Part shown: positions 9,196-18,646 of the stretch, one piece after another
Layout of the letters: each line of letters starts with the position of its first letter
Position numbering within the stretch: the stretch's first letter is position 1
Origin: a virus
Length of the DNA: 64,000 bases
Reading direction: 5' to 3' (one strand)
IMG/VR virus record: IMGVR_UViG_3300042934_000631
Span: 4,412 to 68,411 of that record
Translations under genes and position numbers: made by a program
The notes under the pieces: model-generated
What the model saw: the letters and a program-made list of their open reading frames with translations, nothing else
Database searches by the model: none
Told to the model about the DNA's origin: nothing

Positions 9196-9861
9196 ATGTC
9201 CGCAAACCTTTCCGCAATCACATCCGTATTCGAACTCGCCACTGACGACTTTTCTCCGTACGATCGCGTGGTCCTCATCTATTTACGTACCCTCTCGCTG
9301 GAGCATTCATCCGTTTTTCCTTCCTACGAAACAATCGCGTCCAAATGCGGTATGGTTCGCCGTACTGTCATTAACGTGATAAAGCGCCTCATTAAGCATG
9401 GACTTATCGCGAAAGAATCCCGCTTTAAAGACGTGCCTGGCACCGACCGTCCGCGTCAAACGTCCAACGAATACATAACAACTACAGCACCGGCAGTGTC
9501 GTCAAATTCACCCGTAGTAACGGACGAGCTGCCGCCGTCAAATTCACTCTATAATTCAAATTCTTTTAAACATAAACAAGAAGAAGATGAAAATATAAAT
9601 ATCGCGCCAAATCCGCCTTATCTTCCGTTCGAAAACGAAATCAAACGAAACAAAATCACGCCAGAAATCCGTATAGCCATCCTCGAACAAGTAGCGGCAT
9701 CCGGCGCTGACATCTGGCACTATAGCGCGGAAGCCATCCGTCGCGCGCTCAAAAAGGCTACGAACCGTATGCGTCTGGGCAGCGGTCTCTATAATCCTCC
9801 GAAATGGATCGCGGCAGCTCTCCGTAATGAGCAGATGAATCTCGATATAGCTGGCGCTTAG
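9196..9861 (+). CDS. Replication initiator-like protein (N-terminal winged HTH)
   Basis: VFPSYETIASKCGMVRRTVINVIKRL...QTSNEY HTH_36-like; GAAGGAG RBS; adjacent to DnaA boxes and par. Confidence 0.75.
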   Translation: MSANLSAITSVFELATDDFSPYDRVVLIYLRTLSLEHSSVFPSYETIASKCGMVRRTVINVIKRLIKHGLIAKESRFKDVPGTDRPRQTSNEYITTTAPAVSSNSPVVTDELPPSNSLYNSNSFKHKQEEDENINIAPNPPYLPFENEIKRNKITPEIRIAILEQVAASGADIWHYSAEAIRRALKKATNRMRLGSGLYNPPKWIAAALRNEQMNLDIAGA

Positions 9862-9925
9862 ACTGCGGAAACCATTATGTGCGGCTGCGCAATTTGGTTG
9901 ACGCAAAAATTATTTTCCGCGGAAG

Positions 9926-10021
9926 TGTGCGAAACGGCGAAGTCTCTTCGTACATTGCAGTATAACGCCGGATAAATTATTTTCGCGGGAAGTGTACGGA
10001 ATTTTTCCGACCGGCGTCGTA
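9926..10021 (+). promoter_or_regulatory. Tandem phage promoter motifs A and B
   Basis: TGTGCG-N16-TCGTACATTGCAGTA then TGTACG-N18-TCGTA; both repeated elsewhere in the window. Confidence 0.65.
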
Positions 10022-10051
10022 GTCAGTGTAAGCCGAAAGGAGGCCGCCACT

Positions 10052-10180
10052 ATGAGCGCTAAAGTAATCGATTTCGCCGCGTGTCCGCCACGCATCTATC
10101 TCGAACTCGCCGAGCTATCCCGCGGTAACGAGCGCGTCCGTCGCGTTTGGCTGCGTAGGTATCTGAGTTTCACGGTATGA
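10052..10180 (+). CDS. Small hypothetical protein
   Basis: AAAGGAGG RBS. Confidence 0.6.
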   Translation: MSAKVIDFAACPPRIYLELAELSRGNERVRRVWLRRYLSFTV

Positions 10181-10386
10181 AAAAGTTATCTTATTTTGCT
10201 ACGCGACTCCTACGATCCTGCTATCGGTGTCTCGACGCGATCGAATACGGCAGCCCCAGCGTTCAAAAATACGCCGCTTTCGGGTCACTGCAATTTTACC
10301 GTCAAATTAGCGCGTTTCAGACGCCGGACGATAAAATGTTCGACTTCGCTATCAGAGCGGCTAATTTCACGCTAAAAACACGGTGA
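10177..10386 (+). CDS. Hypothetical protein
   Basis: ATGA overlap with the previous gene. Confidence 0.5.
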   Translation: MKKLSYFATRLLRSCYRCLDAIEYGSPSVQKYAAFGSLQFYRQISAFQTPDDKMFDFAIRAANFTLKTR

Positions 10387-10535
10387 AATCACGGCGGTGA
10401 TTCGGCGGCGACGGGGCGGATACGAAATGTGCGGGGCGAATCGCTAAGTTTTATCTTTTCTCTTGGTTTAAAGAGCGCGCGGAAAAGGTTTATGTTTAAC
10501 TGACACGATATGAACGTAGTGAATATCGTTAATAT

Positions 10536-10636
10536 TTAGATCTTAAGATCTTTATTATTAAATCTTTATATCTTTAAGATCTTTATATAACGCTTTAACT
10601 ACGTAAATAACGTTATTATCCGTTACTTAACGTAAG
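10536..10636. repeat. AT-rich repeat tract (AGATCTTTA-like units), possible origin or DNA unwinding element
   Basis: agatcttaagatctttattattaaatctttatatctttaagatctttatat. Confidence 0.45.
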
Positions 10637-10762
10637 ATTCCCGCCAGGCCCCGCAAACATATCCGATTCTGCTGCGGCCGGAATCGCGTCAAAAAGTTAT
10701 CCTATTTTGCTACGCTAGTCACACGATCCTGCTACGGGTCGAAAATCGGAGGAGGCTGCGCA

Positions 10763-11158
10763 ATGAAAACGCATGAAATGATTCGAGATATTCGCGAAGG
10801 GGAAACGTATGAAATCGCTTCGGGCGAATTTGCCGGTAGTGGAGTCGCGCTACAAGAATTCGGAGAGTTCGCGTCAAAAGTCCTCGTTTGGACGGAGAAG
10901 GACGGTCTAGCATCGGATGATGCGCGGTTTACTGTTAACGAAGGAACGCTCGCTTATGAATGGCGCAAACGCACGCCAGCCGTCACGGTCGACTTCGCTA
11001 AAGCATTCGCCGCGTACGAAAGAGGGGCGCGGATTACGTCGCAGGTTACGAACGAAACCGTATCGAAAACATTCTACGGAAATTCAGCTCCGTTTACAGC
11101 CGATGAAATCCGCGGCCAATGGATCGTAGAAGGCGACGGTGAATACTGGTGGGAATAA
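10763..11158 (+). CDS. Hypothetical phage protein
   Basis: GGAGGAGG RBS. Confidence 0.7.
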   Translation: MKTHEMIRDIREGETYEIASGEFAGSGVALQEFGEFASKVLVWTEKDGLASDDARFTVNEGTLAYEWRKRTPAVTVDFAKAFAAYERGARITSQVTNETVSKTFYGNSAPFTADEIRGQWIVEGDGEYWWE

Positions 11159-11178
11159 ATAGCGGAGGTGCACGTAAT

Positions 11179-11553
11179 ATGACGAAGAATAACGAAGCGA
11201 AGCAGACGCAGTCAATCGAACTAACGCCCGACTTCCGCCTGACAACGGACGGCGACCGCAACTTTATCCTGGAGCGCCGCCACACGGTCGACCCAACGAA
11301 GGCGCCCGGCTTTGAGCGGCGGAATGCGGAGGCACTGGAGGCTACTGGCGCCGGCCTGTCGACGGAGAAACGCGATGATTGGCGCGAGGACGGTTATTAC
11401 GGATTTACCGTGCAGGGACTCAGCGCAGCATTATCGACGGTGGCGGTGCGGTCGGCGTGGGGGAGAGCGAGTCACTTATCGGAGTATATTGAAGCGGTCG
11501 CGGAAGAAAGACGGCGGCTGACGGAATTAATAGACGTAGAACACACGTTCTAA
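11179..11553 (+). CDS. Hypothetical phage protein
   Basis: GGAGGTG RBS. Confidence 0.7.
   Translation: MTKNNEAKQTQSIELTPDFRLTTDGDRNFILERRHTVDPTKAPGFERRNAEALEATGAGLSTEKRDDWREDGYYGFTVQGLSAALSTVAVRSAWGRASHLSEYIEAVAEERRRLTELIDVEHTF
11539..11550. promoter_or_regulatory. LexA/DinR-like box
   Basis: GAAC-ACAC-GTTC, 46 bp upstream of the next gene. Confidence 0.4.
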
Positions 11554-11596
11554 GTTAATTAGGCTATGTTAATATAAACGTGAGGGAGCGACAGAT

Positions 11597-11974
11597 ATGA
11601 CGAAAGTTACAATTCCGGCCGAAATCGCGGACGCAATCGAATACCTGCGCAAAGACTGCCACGTTTGGGATGACGCAATCATCCTTAACTGTTTTGACGG
11701 CGGTTATTATAGAACGACGTGCTGCATCCGCCAGTTGCTCGGCAAGTATGCGCTGCAGAATCCGGCAGTATTGGCGAGCGCGATCGTTAACGGGTACGAG
11801 CGTGAGATGACGGACGAGGAACGGGCGCACGCGAAAGTCCGTGAGAAATACGATTATTATCGCGGGGATATGACGTATGGAGAGGCGTTCTGTGACGGTA
11901 TGAAATTCGTGCTTAATTCGCTGAATGTAAAAATCGCGGGAGTGAACGTGGGATTTACGGTAGCTCGCACATAA
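11597..11974 (+). CDS. DUF1642-like phage protein
   Basis: KVTIPAEIADAIE...AIVNGYE pattern. Confidence 0.55.
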   Translation: MTKVTIPAEIADAIEYLRKDCHVWDDAIILNCFDGGYYRTTCCIRQLLGKYALQNPAVLASAIVNGYEREMTDEERAHAKVREKYDYYRGDMTYGEAFCDGMKFVLNSLNVKIAGVNVGFTVART

Positions 11975-11998
11975 CTATATACGAGTGGAGGATTGCGG

Positions 11999-12541
11999 AT
12001 GGAAAAACGAAACTTAACCGCTGACCTGGCGATATGCGAGGCGGCGACGGCGGGACCGTGGTTTAAAACGGACGGCATTCATGCTCTATACGTATCAACA
12101 GACGCTTGTATGGATGTTATCGCAGAATGCGAAGTTACACGCGACGCTACTTTCATCGCGGAAGCACGCACCGGATGGCCTCACGCGATTCAGCGGGCGA
12201 TGGCGGCGGAGAAGGAAGTCGAGCGGTTGCGTGCATTGATTCGCGATGCTGTCGACGAACATAAACGTATATCGGGAAGGGTTGATGCGCCCGCCAAGGA
12301 TGCGGAAATCGTTAAGCAAACGGTGTCGACAGAAACTACTGAGACGATCAACGGCTTTACGTATATCACCGTACATGAACACGACATAGAGTCCACAACG
12401 GTATGCTCCGGATGCAAAGAGCCGCTCAATTTTATAAAGGCGTATACGCAGCGTGAAGTTATCGATGAGCGAACGTTTAAATTCTATTCCGTTCATAAAT
12501 ATTGTCGCGCGTTGGAGGTGCCCGCTAATGCCGAAAATTAA
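11999..12541 (+). CDS. Ead/Ea22-like phage protein
   Basis: EAATAGPW...DATFIAEAR motif. Confidence 0.55.
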   Translation: MEKRNLTADLAICEAATAGPWFKTDGIHALYVSTDACMDVIAECEVTRDATFIAEARTGWPHAIQRAMAAEKEVERLRALIRDAVDEHKRISGRVDAPAKDAEIVKQTVSTETTETINGFTYITVHEHDIESTTVCSGCKEPLNFIKAYTQREVIDERTFKFYSVHKYCRALEVPANAEN

Positions 12542-12914
12542 CACCGCCGACTGGCGAAATCTCCCCGCCAATCAATGGAACGCGCGGACGGTACAGACGA
12601 TGTGCATCGATCGCAACCGCGAACTCTACGGCGTCGAGCAATACGTCCCGTATCGCAATTGGACCGCTGAGCAGGCGATTATCAAACGTAATTTAACGCA
12701 ATATGGCGCAGAAGTTCTACGCGTAGTATTCGACGAGGCATTTCGCGAGTACCGTCCGACGAGGGACTATCCGCAGTTGACGGCAGGCTTCGTATTGTCG
12801 TACGTGGCGAGCCGGATATTGCCGAGGGTGATTGCGGAGAGGGAATCGCGAGAACGGCGAGTGGTGGCGGAAGAGTGCGGACAGGGGGCGGCCGAGGTGA
12901 CTGCGTGGCTATAA
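12528..12914 (+). CDS. Hypothetical protein, likely replication-associated (upstream of DnaC-like loader)
   Basis: GGAGGTG RBS; position in the replication module. Confidence 0.55.
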   Translation: MPKINTADWRNLPANQWNARTVQTMCIDRNRELYGVEQYVPYRNWTAEQAIIKRNLTQYGAEVLRVVFDEAFREYRPTRDYPQLTAGFVLSYVASRILPRVIAERESRERRVVAEECGQGAAEVTAWL

Positions 12915-13066
12915 AAACGCCAAATATCCGCAAATTAGTCCGAATTCGTCCGTTTTTATAAAATTTTCCCTCGATAGGAGACGAACTTTCATTTTCGCCG
13001 ATTTACGTGATATTACTCGTTTGATGAAAACGTAATCCTCATGTTAAATTTTGGAGGTGGCCGCCA

Positions 13067-13246
13067 ATGTTCGATAAGCTACTCGGAATTACCGCGCCCG
13101 ACCGTATGTCCGAAGCGTTCATGTGGCGCTTTGCCGAAGCACATCCGTATCTTCATACGCTAATTGAAGTAACGAATCAGCCGTACTTCCTTGTCGCGAT
13201 CGTGTTCGTCGGCTATCACGTTATCCGGCGGATGGTTCGTCGCTAA
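13067..13246 (+). CDS. Small membrane protein (59 aa; C-terminal TM plus basic tail)
   Basis: GGAGGTGG RBS; not in the ORF track. Confidence 0.55.
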   Translation: MFDKLLGITAPDRMSEAFMWRFAEAHPYLHTLIEVTNQPYFLVAIVFVGYHVIRRMVRR

Positions 13247-13347
13247 CATAAAATTATCGCGAAGTCAATACGCAGTTTCATCGTATAAGTGTGTATTGAT
13301 GATTGCGCAAGTTGCTGTTACATTGAAATTAAGGCGGTGATCAAACG

Positions 13348-14157
13348 TTGTCACATGTAGCAAAAAGCGCTACTCATGCGCTAAAATGTATTCTACGCGA
13401 ACCATGCACGTACGCCAATACGGAGTCATGTAACGCGCTATGCGGTCCATTCGTCGCCATGCACGGTCACTCCGGAAAGGGAGGACGCGTGTACAATGCG
13501 GGCCTTCCCGCTGAGTATCATATGTTAACGCTTAAGACCGCACCCTCCGCAGCGTCCATCGTTCGTATAGGCAGCGATGAGATGGCGCTCGGCTCCTTTA
13601 TCGGTCAATATGCGGCCACATTTACGCGACAATTTGACGGTGAAGACGGAGCGCAGCGACGGATTAAATCGTTGTATCTATATTCCGAATCGCCTGGCAC
13701 CGGTAAGACGACGACGGCAGCCGCTCTACTGAACGAATACCTCACCGTTCACTATATCGGATCACTCAAGCGTAATAGGCAGGCGCTTGATCGACCGGCA
13801 TATTTTCTCGATGCGAATGCATTCCAGACCGAATTTGTAACGTTCAACAGACCGCGTGTTCCCGAAGAAACGGCGGCTCCGGCGGCTGCACGGTATTACA
13901 AATCGTTAGATATCGCGCAGAGTGTTCCGTTCCTTGTCATGGATGACGTAGGCGTCCGCGAGGCTAGTGACGCTTTCAGAACGGACTTACACGCAATCAT
14001 TAACGCAAGGGTAACGAATGGGCTACCGACAGTTTATACGTCGAATCTACCGATGGCGGAGCTTATGCGGACGTATGATGCGCGACTCGCTGATCGCATA
14101 AGGGACATGTGCGTGGAGATATCGTTCCAGGGCGGAAGTAATCGCGGGATGAGGTAA
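13348..14157 (+). CDS. DnaC/IstB-like helicase loader ATPase
   Basis: PGTGKTT; LVMDDVG; IINAR...PTVYTSNL; RLADRI. Confidence 0.88.
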   Translation: MSHVAKSATHALKCILREPCTYANTESCNALCGPFVAMHGHSGKGGRVYNAGLPAEYHMLTLKTAPSAASIVRIGSDEMALGSFIGQYAATFTRQFDGEDGAQRRIKSLYLYSESPGTGKTTTAAALLNEYLTVHYIGSLKRNRQALDRPAYFLDANAFQTEFVTFNRPRVPEETAAPAAARYYKSLDIAQSVPFLVMDDVGVREASDAFRTDLHAIINARVTNGLPTVYTSNLPMAELMRTYDARLADRIRDMCVEISFQGGSNRGMR

Positions 14158-14484
14158 AGTCGATACGTGTCGAATCCGCTAAAGATTTGCTAAATTGCGC
14201 CCGGAATACAAACATGTGCGCTAGAATATCCGTAAATGTAAGAGAGCGGAAGGTAGCGCGAGATCGTATGTTCGCGATTCCACATAATTCATCTCAAATT
14301 AAACAAACTATTTCCGACTAGACTAAACTAAAAAGACAAAAAGGTATATGATCGACACGATGTTACAGTTGTCAAGGACATACTGGTAGACCCGCGTTGC
14401 CACATTGAAATCGCCAAATTTGGCCGGAAACGGCATTTTACGAACGAATACAGACCGCATATAATCGGAGGTGTAATGAACGCA

Positions 14485-15837
14485 ATGGCTAATTACGCAG
14501 AACAATTGATTTCGAAGATATGCGATGATAATGACGTAGGTGCAATTACGCGATACTCAATAACGGAGTCAGATTTCGCCACGGAAACGGAGCGCCGAGC
14601 GTTTTGTTTCGTACTTCAACACAGTGACGCCAATAAGGGACAAGCGCCATCCTACGCGACACTGGTCGGAGAAATCGACGGATTTACGTACATTCCGGCA
14701 GTGACCGACTCGTATGAATTCCTCGCAAAACGGCTTAAAGACGCGGCTGGCCGGCGTCAATTTGCGGAATGGTTTGAATCCGGTCAAATTACGGCCAACT
14801 TTAGCGAAATGACCGCCGAGGAGTTCGGAAGGTACTTGCGCGAAGAATCAGATCGTATTATGATGGGAACATCGGTTCGCGTGTTGAATTTCAAAACATT
14901 CGATACGCTCCGCCACGAGTTCCGCACCGAGTACGAAAAACGTAAAGATGGCCGCTCGTTCAAACTGTGGAAGACGCCGTTTCCTTCGCTAAACGACGAA
15001 ATCGGCGGCCTCTATTCCGGTGACATCTACGGCGTCATGGCGGAATCCGGACGCGGCAAATCGTATCTGATCGCGTGCTTAGTTGACGAGTTGCTCCGCC
15101 AAGGCGCGAAGGTTCTCGTCAAGTCATACGAGCTCAAAGCGTATCTGTGGTTATCGCGGTTACTTTCTATTATAACGGCGCGAGAAGGAGCGCTCGATCA
15201 CGCTGAGATAGCGCAGAAAGTCGGCATTCCGAATAAGGCGATACTTAGCGGCCAACTTGACGGTGAGATAGAAGAATATTTTCTGCGCATGGTTGATGCG
15301 CTTAACGAATACTATCCAGGCGAATTGTTCCTACAGGCGAAGGGTGATCGTGATTTAACGCGAACACTGGCGGATTTGGACCGCGAGCTGCAACAGCATC
15401 CGGAGATTGACGCCGTAGTCATCGATCCATTCTACGGCCTCTCGGATGTATACGGAACGAACGCAAACAGGACAACCGGCGGATCTGCGGAACAGGCTGC
15501 GCGTAAGTTTGAGCAGATTATCGGAGCGAACGACGTGGTAGGCATCTTCGCGATACAAGCAGATTCGCGCAAAGGGAAGGACGCAGATGAGGACGGACGT
15601 AGAGAAATAAGCTTACCAGATCGGAGCCGCGTAAAAACTACCGCAGCAGTACTCGAAATCGCGACGAATCTATTCGCGTTCGATGCCGTCGATGGTAACG
15701 GGCGGATAGGCGTGGAGAAGGGGCGGAATGGCGGCGAGGGGTTTACGATCGACTTGCTTGCGCTGATGGATTACGGCGTGCTTCGGGAGCTTCCGAAGGG
15801 TGCGGAGGCGGCTGCGCAGTTTGCGAGTAATTTTTGA
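14485..15837 (+). CDS. DnaB-like replicative helicase
   Basis: LNDEIGGL; AESGRGKS; VVIDP; EKGRNG. Confidence 0.88.
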   Translation: MANYAEQLISKICDDNDVGAITRYSITESDFATETERRAFCFVLQHSDANKGQAPSYATLVGEIDGFTYIPAVTDSYEFLAKRLKDAAGRRQFAEWFESGQITANFSEMTAEEFGRYLREESDRIMMGTSVRVLNFKTFDTLRHEFRTEYEKRKDGRSFKLWKTPFPSLNDEIGGLYSGDIYGVMAESGRGKSYLIACLVDELLRQGAKVLVKSYELKAYLWLSRLLSIITAREGALDHAEIAQKVGIPNKAILSGQLDGEIEEYFLRMVDALNEYYPGELFLQAKGDRDLTRTLADLDRELQQHPEIDAVVIDPFYGLSDVYGTNANRTTGGSAEQAARKFEQIIGANDVVGIFAIQADSRKGKDADEDGRREISLPDRSRVKTTAAVLEIATNLFAFDAVDGNGRIGVEKGRNGGEGFTIDLLALMDYGVLRELPKGAEAAAQFASNF

Positions 15838-15960
15838 ATATTAATACACAACGTAAAAATATTATTATTCATAACGTAAAAACGTTATTTACAATCTATA
15901 TAATTGGTGGTAGTATTTTCATATAAGAATATTGACGCCAATTTGGAGGTAGATTTTTGA

Positions 15961-16302
15961 ATGAGTGAGAAAAATAGTACAAAATCTTATATTCGCGCAC
16001 TCGTAAAGGTGTCGGCGAATTCTAGTCAGCCACAAGATAAATTTACTATTTCACTTGATTATGCTGACGGGAGGTTACTGGAGGCGTTCGCGAAGATATT
16101 CGGATTGAAAAAGACTGTGTTTGCACGTGAACTACTTAATACTGCGCTTAAAGATGTCAATGACGAAGTGATACCTGGGCTAAGCACTTCTTCAGTAAAT
16201 TTCTATGACTTCATAAACAGTACCGAGCCAATGGAAAAATTTAACCCAGAGGATTATTTTGAGATAACTAGCGAGGGAGTAAAGCCTAAAGAGGATATAT
16301 GA
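15961..16302 (+). CDS. AT-rich insert encoding a possible RHH DNA-binding protein, with its own promoter
   Basis: TTTACA-N17-TAGTAT upstream; FTISLD...LLEAFAKIFGLKKTVFARELL. Confidence 0.5.
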   Translation: MSEKNSTKSYIRALVKVSANSSQPQDKFTISLDYADGRLLEAFAKIFGLKKTVFARELLNTALKDVNDEVIPGLSTSSVNFYDFINSTEPMEKFNPEDYFEITSEGVKPKEDI

Positions 16303-16325
16303 TATTGATTAGGGAGTGACCGCCA

Positions 16326-17312
16326 TTGACCGCCACACTAACGCTTAACGGACGCCGCGTCCCCGTCGACATCGAACGCGAGCTCCGCGAATATGAATGG
16401 AATCGCGCGGTATGGCACGCCGATAAGTTGCAGGCGGTAAGCCCGTTCCGATACGATAAGAGCCCGTCATTCTACGTTTATCTGACGGACACGCTAACGG
16501 CACGTGCCGGCGATTGGGGCGATAGTGGCGGTGAGGGCGATTATGCGCGTGGCGGCTTCGTTAAGCTGCTCGCATTCCTCCGAAATGAGGACGAAGAGAG
16601 TACCCGCGAGTATTTGCTGGCGGAGTACAGCGCCGATTCCACGATCGTGAACGAAAATTACACGTTAGAGGTGCCGGAGCTCGCTATCGCCGAACGTCGC
16701 CGACCGCTGGACAAGCGGATTTTGTCCGAATATGCGTGGCGCCATCCGTACCTGGAATCGCGCGGCATACCGGAAGATATCCAGCGCCTGTATGGCGTGG
16801 GCTACGATAGGCGCAGAAAAGCGATCGCGCTGCCGTGGTTTTCGACAAATGGCGACCTTCAAAACGTCAAATATAGGCGCATAGACACGAAAATGTTCTG
16901 GTACGCACCGAACGCTCGTCCTATCCGCGAATTAATATATGGCATACACATCGCCTATGAACGAAAGATCAAACGGGCGGCCATCGTAGAGGCGGAAGTT
17001 GACGCGCAGACAATTGCGGCTGCGGGCACGTTCGCAATCGCAACCGGCGGCAGCGCCTTTAATACGGTAAAGCGCGATATCATTCTGCGGTCGCCGATCG
17101 AGGAGCTCGTTATCATGGCGGACCATGACGCGGCAGGCCAGAAGTTGAAGCGTCAGATTATCGAATCATTCCGCGGCAAAATCACCGTCAAGGTGGCGGG
17201 CTTTCCGAAGCGTTGGAAGGATCCGAACGAGATGGCGGGGGCAGCCGGCTTGCAAGCGGTGGCTGAGCGAATCAAATACGCGCGGGAAGTCCGCACGAAA
17301 ATAAAATTATAA
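16326..17312 (+). CDS. DNA primase (TOPRIM)
   Basis: SPFRYDKSPSF; YLESRGI; VKYR; VEAEVDA; DHDAAG. Confidence 0.88.
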   Translation: MTATLTLNGRRVPVDIERELREYEWNRAVWHADKLQAVSPFRYDKSPSFYVYLTDTLTARAGDWGDSGGEGDYARGGFVKLLAFLRNEDEESTREYLLAEYSADSTIVNENYTLEVPELAIAERRRPLDKRILSEYAWRHPYLESRGIPEDIQRLYGVGYDRRRKAIALPWFSTNGDLQNVKYRRIDTKMFWYAPNARPIRELIYGIHIAYERKIKRAAIVEAEVDAQTIAAAGTFAIATGGSAFNTVKRDIILRSPIEELVIMADHDAAGQKLKRQIIESFRGKITVKVAGFPKRWKDPNEMAGAAGLQAVAERIKYAREVRTKIKL

Positions 17313-17330
17313 AATGGCGGTGTATATGCG

Positions 17331-17993
17331 ATGTTGAACTCGTTCCTTAACGTGTTCTTCGGCACCTTAGACTCACTAGCGACTTTCGTACTTATTTATA
17401 AAATTTTCCGTTGGCCGTTCTGGCGCGATTTCAACAAGCTGCTCATTCTCGCCGTCATCATCGCACTCGTCTCATTTGCGGACAGGACCGTGCTTGGACT
17501 AGCGGAATTCGATACCGCCATCCAATTCGTTCTGTATGTATTATTCCTGCGTTACATAATAAAAGTCGGATTCTGCGACGCTGCGCTGCTATCCGCGATT
17601 GGCTACAATAGTTTCTTACTTATTCAACTCATCGTTTATCCGGCGCTGCTTGCGTCAGGCATCGTAAGCACAAGTGACGCCGAAGTGGCGAGCGGTTTCG
17701 GAACATTCATCATCCAGGCATCGACTGAAATATCGTGCTTTATCGTTGCGGCATTGTTGTACGTGTTCCGTCTCGGATTTGCACACGTTGACTTACCGCC
17801 ACATGATGCTTACGCAATCCAGAGCTGCACGAAACTCGACTGGATCGCTAACGTAATCGGTGCGATAGCGGTCATGTCGTTCACGTACTGGCTATTAAAT
17901 CACGTAAGTAATATCACGTTAATGATTCCAGTACTCGCAGTCACACTGGCGTTCCTTCTATATTTATCGCGAAGAAAGGACTACGGAAGATGA
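17331..17993 (+). CDS. Multi-pass membrane protein resembling the AgrC sensor module, no kinase domain
   Basis: About 6-7 hydrophobic segments; 220 aa; ends RRKDYGR with no HisKA/HATPase; overlaps agrB. Confidence 0.6.
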   Translation: MLNSFLNVFFGTLDSLATFVLIYKIFRWPFWRDFNKLLILAVIIALVSFADRTVLGLAEFDTAIQFVLYVLFLRYIIKVGFCDAALLSAIGYNSFLLIQLIVYPALLASGIVSTSDAEVASGFGTFIIQASTEISCFIVAALLYVFRLGFAHVDLPPHDAYAIQSCTKLDWIANVIGAIAVMSFTYWLLNHVSNITLMIPVLAVTLAFLLYLSRRKDYGR

Positions 17994-18520
17994 CGTTAAC
18001 ATTATCTCGAAAGTTCGCGGATTTCACGCTTAAGCACAATCCGCATGAGACGCGCAGTTACGAATCGCTCGTCTATCAATTTGCAGTTATGGTAAACTTC
18101 TTGTCCATAATTACGTTAACACTTTTGATCGGATTGATCAATGGGCACTTAGGCGCAACTTTAACCGCGGGCGCTGCGTTTATGTCGTTAAGGGTGGTAT
18201 CCGGCGGCTTCCACTTTAAATCGTTAGACCTATGCGCAGTCGTAACGGCAGCCCTATACGGAGTCATCCCGCTAATACCGTTAGAATCCGCTTACATAAC
18301 GTGGATTAACGCGATCAGCCTCGTTTTAGTCGCGGCTCTCGCACCGACTAACTTGCGGAATACGTTATGGACGAGCACGACTCGCGCAAAGATAGCGTTC
18401 AAAGCTGCGGCTATGTGCGTAGTATTAATCGGATGGGCATTCGGTTCAGAAATCGTTGCGCTGGCGTTCCTGGCGCAGGCATTACTATTGATTCCACGAA
18501 GGGAGGTGGCCATTCGATGA
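17990..18520 (+). CDS. agrB: AgrB-like peptide-processing membrane protease
   Basis: LRVVSGGFHFKSLDLC (R-xxx-GG-x-H-x6-C catalytic dyad); LAP motif; several TM helices. Confidence 0.88.
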   Translation: MTLTLSRKFADFTLKHNPHETRSYESLVYQFAVMVNFLSIITLTLLIGLINGHLGATLTAGAAFMSLRVVSGGFHFKSLDLCAVVTAALYGVIPLIPLESAYITWINAISLVLVAALAPTNLRNTLWTSTTRAKIAFKAAAMCVVLIGWAFGSEIVALAFLAQALLLIPRREVAIR

Positions 18521-18636
18521 AAAACGTTGCTAAGTTTATGTCCGCTGTATCATTCGGCGTCGCATTTGTATTCTACGTTACCTTAAAGGGCGGTATCGGC
18601 GAAATCAGCGCACCAAAAGACTTCTTTAAAAAGTGA
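18517..18636 (+). CDS. agrD: AgrD-like propeptide, cassette copy (MKNVAKFMSAVSFGVAFVFYVTLKGGIGEISAPKDFFKK)
   Basis: GGGAGGTGG RBS; ATGA overlap with agrB; 39 aa; amphipathic leader and EIxxP tail. Confidence 0.85.
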   Translation: MKNVAKFMSAVSFGVAFVFYVTLKGGIGEISAPKDFFKK

Positions 18637-18646
18637 GATCAACGCT

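Noticed and set aside
18367-18636. 89-aa ORF as listed in the track
   Set aside because: The true start is ATG 18517 with a GGAGG RBS; the upstream part overlaps agrB
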